Assembly: GCA_045535665.1 (NCBI GenBank)
Contig: JAZSMD010000003.1
Coordinates: forward strand, 8,306 to 72,305
Length of the DNA: 64,000 bases
Direction of reading: 5' to 3'
DNA from: Eubacteriales bacterium
GTDB taxonomy: Bacteria > Bacillota > Clostridia > Oscillospirales > UBA644
The stretch's first letter is position 1. The number at the start of each line of letters is the position of its first letter. The position numbers and the translations under genes are program-made. The notes beneath the pieces were generated by a model that saw only the letters and a program-made list of their open reading frames with translations, ran no database searches and was not told the DNA's origin. Below, in pieces: positions 58,729 to 64,000 of the stretch.

Positions 58729-60954
58729 TCAGTTGTCTTTACCTGCATTTTTTCCTTCAAAAGTACAGCCTTCTTTTTCACAAATAAGCTTACCGAACTT
58801 TTTGAAGAGAGTCGAACCGCACACGGGGCAGGTCTCTTTAGTGGGAAGATCCCAGGTCATGAATCCGCAATCTTTACCTTTTTCACAAGCATAGAAAACT
58901 TTACCGTTTTTGGAACGTCTGACAGTCATCTTTCCTCCGCATTTGGGACAAAATCCATCAGCTTCAACAACTATAGTTTTCGTATTTTTGCAAGTGGGAT
59001 AATTGGGGCAAGCAAGGAATCTGCCAAATCTGCTTACCTTATATACCATTCGGCTGCCGCAAAGTTCACAGATAACATCGCTTTCTTCGTTGGGAACTTC
59101 AATTTTCACGCCATCAAGTTTCTTTTCTGCCTCGGAAAGCTCAACGGAGAAATCCTTATAGAAATCTTTCATGACATCAATATAAGTAGTTTCACCATCT
59201 TCCACCTTATCAAGGTTCTTTTCCATATCTGCGGTAAAAGTCACATCTACTATATTCTTGAAATTCTCTTCCATTATTTCAGTTGTGATAAAGCCGAGAG
59301 CTGTAGGTTTAAGAGATTTCCCCTCTTTTTCCGTATAACGTCTGCCGAGAATAGTGGCAATGGTCGGAGCATAAGTTGAAGGTCTGCCGATACCGTTTTC
59401 CTCCAAAGCTTTAATAAGCGAAGCTTCGGTATATCTTGAAGGGGGCTGTGTAAATTTCTGTTCAGAAACGACCTCTTTAAAATTCAGAAGATCTCCCTCA
59501 TTAAGTTCGGGAAGTTTTTTCTGAGACTCTTCGCCATCTTCTGTATAATTGTAAAGAACTGTAAATCCATTAAAGACAAGCTTGGAATCGGAAGCTTTAA
59601 GAATATAATCTGTATTTTCGGAAGGATTCACAGCACTTACTTCAACATTTACGGTATTATAAATAGCTGAAGACATTTGGCTTGCTATAAATCTGTCCCA
59701 AATAAGCTTATAAAGCTTATACTGCTCTGTCGTAAGACTGTCTTTTATCTTTTCGGGAGGTAAAGTAATGTCTGTGGGACGTATAGCTTCATGAGCATCC
59801 TGTGCAGAGCTCTTTGTTTTATAAATTCTTGGTGTTTTCGGATAGTACTCTTCACCGTAATGAGTTTTAATAAAATCTGACGCTGCAGCCTGAGCATCCA
59901 CTGATATTCTGAGTGAGTCGGTTCTCATATATGTGATAAGACCGATAGTTCCTTTCCCCTTAATATCAACACCTTCGTAAAGCTGTTGTGCAACGCTCAT
60001 GGATTTCTGGGGACGCATATTGATTCTTGAAGATGCATCCTGTTGGAGAGAGGATGTTGTAAATGGAGGCTTCGGTGCTTTTGCCTTTTCCTGACGCTTG
60101 ATACTGCTTACCGTAAACTGAGACTTTTCAAGCTGAGACTTTATCTTGTTTGCTGAAGCTTCATCGTTTATGGCAATTTTACCGTTTTTATCTCCGAAGA
60201 AACTTGCAGACCATGTCTTTTTGCCATTTGCAAATATTACATCAAGAAGCCAATATTCAACAGGTACAAAGGCCTGTATTTCACGTTCCCTATCAACAAC
60301 AAGCTTTGTTGCAACAGACTGAACTCGACCTGCGGAAAGACCTGTTTTAACCTTTTTCCAAAGGAAAGGACTGAGCTTATAGCCTACGATACGGTCAAGA
60401 ACACGTCTTGACTGCTGAGCATTAACTCTGTTCATATTTACAGCCCTTGGCTCGGCAACGCCGTCTTTTACCGCATTTTTCGTAATCTCGTTAAAAGAAA
60501 CTCTGACTTTACTTTCGGGGTCGATTCCTAGAACCTGAGCAAGATGCCATGCAATAGCTTCCCCTTCGCGGTCAGGGTCAGTTGCAAGAAGAACACGTTT
60601 ACTGTCTTTTGCCGCAGCCTTAAGTTCCTTGATAACCGCGGACTTTCCGTCTTTTCGGGGAACAATATACTCAGGGGTAAATCCATTTTCAATGTCCACA
60701 CCGATTCGGGAAGCGGGAAGATCTCTTATATGTCCTTTCGAAGAAAGAACCTCGTATTTACTTCCGAGATATTTTTTGATCGTTTTAGCTTTTGCGGGAG
60801 ACTCCACAATAAGAAGGTTTTCATATGTGGGAGACTTTTTCTTACTGCCCGCAGCTTTTTTTGTTGTTTTGGAGTCGGATTTTACAGCGATCTTTTTTGC
60901 TGCAGAAACATCCTTTCCCAACTCTTCAGGATTATTTGCTTTAGTTTTTGCCAT
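58729..60954 (-). CDS. topA: DNA topoisomerase I with a Lys-rich N-terminal extension
   Basis: IVESPAKAK, ATDPDREGE, SAGRVQS, ITYMRTDS, GIGRPSTY; C-terminal zinc ribbons. Confidence 0.98.
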   Translation of the reverse strand: MAKTKANNPEELGKDVSAAKKIAVKSDSKTTKKAAGSKKKSPTYENLLIVESPAKAKTIKKYLGSKYEVLSSKGHIRDLPASRIGVDIENGFTPEYIVPRKDGKSAVIKELKAAAKDSKRVLLATDPDREGEAIAWHLAQVLGIDPESKVRVSFNEITKNAVKDGVAEPRAVNMNRVNAQQSRRVLDRIVGYKLSPFLWKKVKTGLSAGRVQSVATKLVVDREREIQAFVPVEYWLLDVIFANGKKTWSASFFGDKNGKIAINDEASANKIKSQLEKSQFTVSSIKRQEKAKAPKPPFTTSSLQQDASSRINMRPQKSMSVAQQLYEGVDIKGKGTIGLITYMRTDSLRISVDAQAAASDFIKTHYGEEYYPKTPRIYKTKSSAQDAHEAIRPTDITLPPEKIKDSLTTEQYKLYKLIWDRFIASQMSSAIYNTVNVEVSAVNPSENTDYILKASDSKLVFNGFTVLYNYTEDGEESQKKLPELNEGDLLNFKEVVSEQKFTQPPSRYTEASLIKALEENGIGRPSTYAPTIATILGRRYTEKEGKSLKPTALGFITTEIMEENFKNIVDVTFTADMEKNLDKVEDGETTYIDVMKDFYKDFSVELSEAEKKLDGVKIEVPNEESDVICELCGSRMVYKVSRFGRFLACPNYPTCKNTKTIVVEADGFCPKCGGKMTVRRSKNGKVFYACEKGKDCGFMTWDLPTKETCPVCGSTLFKKFGKLICEKEGCTFEGKNAGKDN

Positions 60955-60995
60955 TATTTAAATTCACCTTTCGGGGATATATTTCAATTTGATGA

Positions 60996-62222
60996 TTATT
61001 CCTTTAATTTATAAAGTCCACCGGGAAGAGATTCAACATAGCCGTTGATTTCAAATCCGTTCAGGATAGAAACCGCTTGAGGGAATATAATTCCCGTAGC
61101 ATCGCATACGGAATCTGCGGATAAAGGGCCATCTTTCAGCGCATTTATAACCGATTCTTCCTTTTCAGATAAAGCACAGTAGAGTATCGGTCGTGGGACA
61201 TTGATCTTTTCAGAGTCACTCTCACATTTCGATTCTTCTGATTGGAAATTTTCACTTTTAGTTGTGGATTTTTCTGAGGAAACAGGATTTACAGTCTCCG
61301 AGGCAATTGAAATCTTTGCCATACGGTCCGGACGTTTAAATTTCTGCCCAAATATAATCTCATATTCTGAGATTATATCCTCGCTGCATGCACAGATACT
61401 CGCACCTGTTCTGATCAAATGGTTGGTTCCTTCACTTGTTTTTGCTCCTGGGCTTCCGGGAACAGCGAAGATAGTTTTACCCTGTTCCAAAGCATGACGG
61501 ACAGTTATCATAGAACCGCCCCTCATATTGGATTCAACAACGACTACTGCATGGGACAAACCACTGATTATACGGTTACGCAAATGAAAATTAAACGCTT
61601 GGCATTGTGTTCCCGGTAAATATTCTGAAATGACTGCACCTGTATCACAAATTCTTGAATACAGCTCTGCATTCCTTTTGGGATAAATAATATCCACGCC
61701 ACAGGGTAAAACAGCAACAGTTTTGCCTCCTGCAAGAAGGGATCCCTTATGGGCATAAGTATCAATACCTTTTGCCATTCCGCTAACTACCACAAAGCCG
61801 GTCCGAACAAGGTCATATGCAAGTCCCGCCGAAAACTTTCCGCCATACAGAGAGCAATCTCTCATACCGATAATTCCCAATGTGGGGCAGCTTTTCATTG
61901 GAGGAAGTTCTCCTTTAACAAAAAGAATTGCGGGAGGCTCTTCAATATCTCTGAGCTGAGAAGGGTATGTCTCATCATAGTACGTAACTATTTTTATGCG
62001 GTTTTTCTCGCAGTATTCAAGATATTTTTCAGCTTTGGAAGTATTTGAAGACAAGAGCGAAGATAACTGCTTTTCTTTAAAACCTGCATCAAGAAATATT
62101 TTTTTATCTGCATTAAATATGTCTTCAGGACTGTCAAATATTTTCAAAATCCTGTATACACTTTTTGAACATTGAGGAAAGCTCGTCACAAGACGAAGCA
62201 TTAAAAAAGCATTATTTTTCAT
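60996..62222 (-). CDS. dprA: DNA-processing protein DprA
   Basis: YP..L..I..PP, VSGMAKGID..AH, RNRIISGLS, AVPG, G.N.LI..GA; upstream of topA. Confidence 0.96.
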   Translation of the reverse strand: MKNNAFLMLRLVTSFPQCSKSVYRILKIFDSPEDIFNADKKIFLDAGFKEKQLSSLLSSNTSKAEKYLEYCEKNRIKIVTYYDETYPSQLRDIEEPPAILFVKGELPPMKSCPTLGIIGMRDCSLYGGKFSAGLAYDLVRTGFVVVSGMAKGIDTYAHKGSLLAGGKTVAVLPCGVDIIYPKRNAELYSRICDTGAVISEYLPGTQCQAFNFHLRNRIISGLSHAVVVVESNMRGGSMITVRHALEQGKTIFAVPGSPGAKTSEGTNHLIRTGASICACSEDIISEYEIIFGQKFKRPDRMAKISIASETVNPVSSEKSTTKSENFQSEESKCESDSEKINVPRPILYCALSEKEESVINALKDGPLSADSVCDATGIIFPQAVSILNGFEINGYVESLPGGLYKLKE

Positions 62223-62965
62223 TTTTCTAAAGATGCACGGTACATAACTATACCTGCCGCAACTGCCGCATTGAGAGACTCAACACCCTCAATGGGAATA
62301 TACAAAGTTTTATCACACATCGAATAAAGTTTAGGAGACATTCCCTTTCCTTCACTGCCGATAACAACTGCAAATTTCTCTCCGAAATCAGATACAGCTG
62401 TTTCAAGGTCACAGGAATATTGGTCAAGGGCCGTGCCGTAAATCTTGTAACCGTGCTGCTTCAACTTTTCCACAATTTCCAACATGGGGAATTTACGAAC
62501 ATATGTCGTCAGACAAGCTCCTGCGGAACTTCTAACTGTTTTTTCAGAAAATGGATCTGCGCCTCCGCCGCAAACAACCCCAAAACCAAAGGCCTTTGCA
62601 GTTCTGACTATAGTTCCCACATTTCCGGGATCCTGAACACAATCCAAAAGCAAAAGTTTATTGGGAATAGGAAGAGGCTTTTTGCAAACCACAGCCAATA
62701 ACGCTGAGGGAGATACCGTGCCCGAAATTTTTTCCATAACCTCAGGAGTCACAACGTAAAGCTGTGCATCCGAAGGAAGTTTGAGTATAAGATCAGAATG
62801 TTTTCCCTCATCGGTAACAAAAAGCATTTTTATAACAGAAGGATCGCTGTCATATATAAATTTTTCACCTTGAAGAAGAAAAGCTTCTTCCGAAGGTTTT
62901 GAACGTATATCATTGATCTTTCCCACTATGGGATTTTTTCTGCTTGTAATATAATATCTCATCAT
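62219..62965 (-). CDS. TrmH/SpoU family RNA methyltransferase
   Basis: QDPGNVGTIVRTA, GSEGKG, ESLNAAVA. Confidence 0.93.
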   Translation of the reverse strand: MMRYYITSRKNPIVGKINDIRSKPSEEAFLLQGEKFIYDSDPSVIKMLFVTDEGKHSDLILKLPSDAQLYVVTPEVMEKISGTVSPSALLAVVCKKPLPIPNKLLLLDCVQDPGNVGTIVRTAKAFGFGVVCGGGADPFSEKTVRSSAGACLTTYVRKFPMLEIVEKLKQHGYKIYGTALDQYSCDLETAVSDFGEKFAVVIGSEGKGMSPKLYSMCDKTLYIPIEGVESLNAAVAAGIVMYRASLEK

Positions 62966-63612
62966 TTTACCAACTTATTTATATCTTCATTTGTTCCTAT
63001 AACAACAAGAATATCGTTCTCAACAAAAACGTAATCGGGAAGAGGTGACACATTTATATCATCGGAATATCTTTTTTTTATGGCAACCACGTTCACCCCG
63101 TAAACCGCACGGATATTCAGCTGCTTAAGAGATTTACCGAAAAATGTTTTGGGTGCTTCAACCTCAACAATAGAGTATTTATCAGAGAGATCTATGTAAT
63201 CAAGAATACTCGTTGCTGTAAGATTCTGTGCCAATTTTTCTGCCATATCCTTATCGGGGAAAACGACTTTATCAGCTCCGACCTGTTTAAGAACTTTTGC
63301 ATGCAGCTCCGTAACCGCTTTACTTACGACACACTTCACGCCTAAGCCCTTAAGCATGGAAGTTATAAGAATACTTGACTCTACTTTTTCGGAAATAGTA
63401 ACTAAAATACAATCAAATTCCGTTATTCCCAAGGCTTTCAATGCAGATTCGTCAAGAGCATCTGTCTGAACTGCATGAGTAACACTATCTGCAACTGCCT
63501 GTACATTTTCCATATCGTAATCTATGGCAAGAACTTCATTGCCCAACGAGGCAAGTCTCAAAGCAAGGCTTCTTCCGAATCTTCCAAGACCGATAACCGC
63601 AAATGATTTCAT
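62962..63612 (-). CDS. ktrA: TrkA/KtrA family potassium uptake regulatory subunit
   Basis: VIGLGRFG, H.KVL..VGAD.VVFP, GKSL..L.IR..YGVNVVAI; start moved to ATG 63612. Confidence 0.92.
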   Translation of the reverse strand: MKSFAVIGLGRFGRSLALRLASLGNEVLAIDYDMENVQAVADSVTHAVQTDALDESALKALGITEFDCILVTISEKVESSILITSMLKGLGVKCVVSKAVTELHAKVLKQVGADKVVFPDKDMAEKLAQNLTATSILDYIDLSDKYSIVEVEAPKTFFGKSLKQLNIRAVYGVNVVAIKKRYSDDINVSPLPDYVFVENDILVVIGTNEDINKLVK

Positions 63613-63618
63613 ATTAAT

Positions 63619-63651
63619 CTCCATTCTGCCACGAAAAGCGGCATAAAACTT
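63619..63651 (-). promoter_or_regulatory. Pre-SD hairpin motif, copy E (ktrB-ktrA intergenic)
   Basis: AAGTTTTAT-GCCGC-TTTTC-GTGGC-AGAAT-GGAG. Confidence 0.65.
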
Positions 63652-63672
63652 CTTTGTATTAAGAATATTTTT

Positions 63673-64000
63673 CTAACCTATTATCATTTTGACTTCGGGA
63701 TACTGTATTTTATTTGAAACTTTTGTCCTACGTATGAATATTGAATATGTCGCAGTCATAAGCCCAACTCTGCCCAAGAACATAAGAATCATCAATAAGC
63801 AAAGAGACAACGGGGACAATGATGGAGTGATTCCTATCGTGACACCAACAGTACAAAAAGCTGATGTAACCTCAAAAAGACTTGAAAGAAACGGAACTCC
63901 GTCAACTGCGGAAACTATAAGCGTTCCCGTAATGATAACAGCAAAAGAAACAGAAATCAACGCAAACGCCTGCATTACAATATCTCTGGAAAAACGGCGG
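63673..64000 (-). CDS. ktrB: TrkH/KtrB potassium uptake membrane subunit, truncated by window edge
   Basis: LFEVTSAFCTVG, MFLGRVG, YPE...IG C-terminus. Confidence 0.9.
   Translation of the reverse strand, partial: RRFSRDIVMQAFALISVSFAVIITGTLIVSAVDGVPFLSSLFEVTSAFCTVGVTIGITPSLSPLSLCLLMILMFLGRVGLMTATYSIFIRRTKVSNKIQYPEVKMIIG

Noticed and set aside
58603-59379. 258 aa plus-strand ORF opposite topA
   Set aside because: Antisense shadow of a conserved essential gene.

Overview
Chromosomal segment of a low-GC Gram-positive anaerobe; gene content and order (plsX-acp-rnc-radical SAM, dprA-topA-trmFO, murC/spoVG, purE-F-M-N, Re-citrate synthase-GntR) point to Clostridia, probably Oscillospiraceae/Ruminococcaceae-like (inference). 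About 54 CDS, mostly on the minus strand. Housekeeping blocks are interleaved with glycan-related lipoproteins (beta-helix hydrolase, DUF4091, DUF4838, GH32, two orphan solute-binding paralogs), an 8-gene double-permease ABC cluster, and a barnase-barstar cassette. I saw no rRNA, tRNA, CRISPR array, integrase or transposase. Most interesting observations: (1) a covarying GC hairpin placed exactly 5 nt before the Shine-Dalgarno of five unrelated genes; (2) an ACP in the plsX-rnc operon that lacks the phosphopantetheine serine; (3) a GH32 gene bracketed by a functional and a decayed copy of the 3' end of its neighbour; (4) a dispersed, co-oriented REP-like palindrome family; (5) a Sua5-CoaE fusion; (6) a candidate C-rich sRNA and a switch-like pur leader. 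All family calls are by motif recognition by eye, without database searches.
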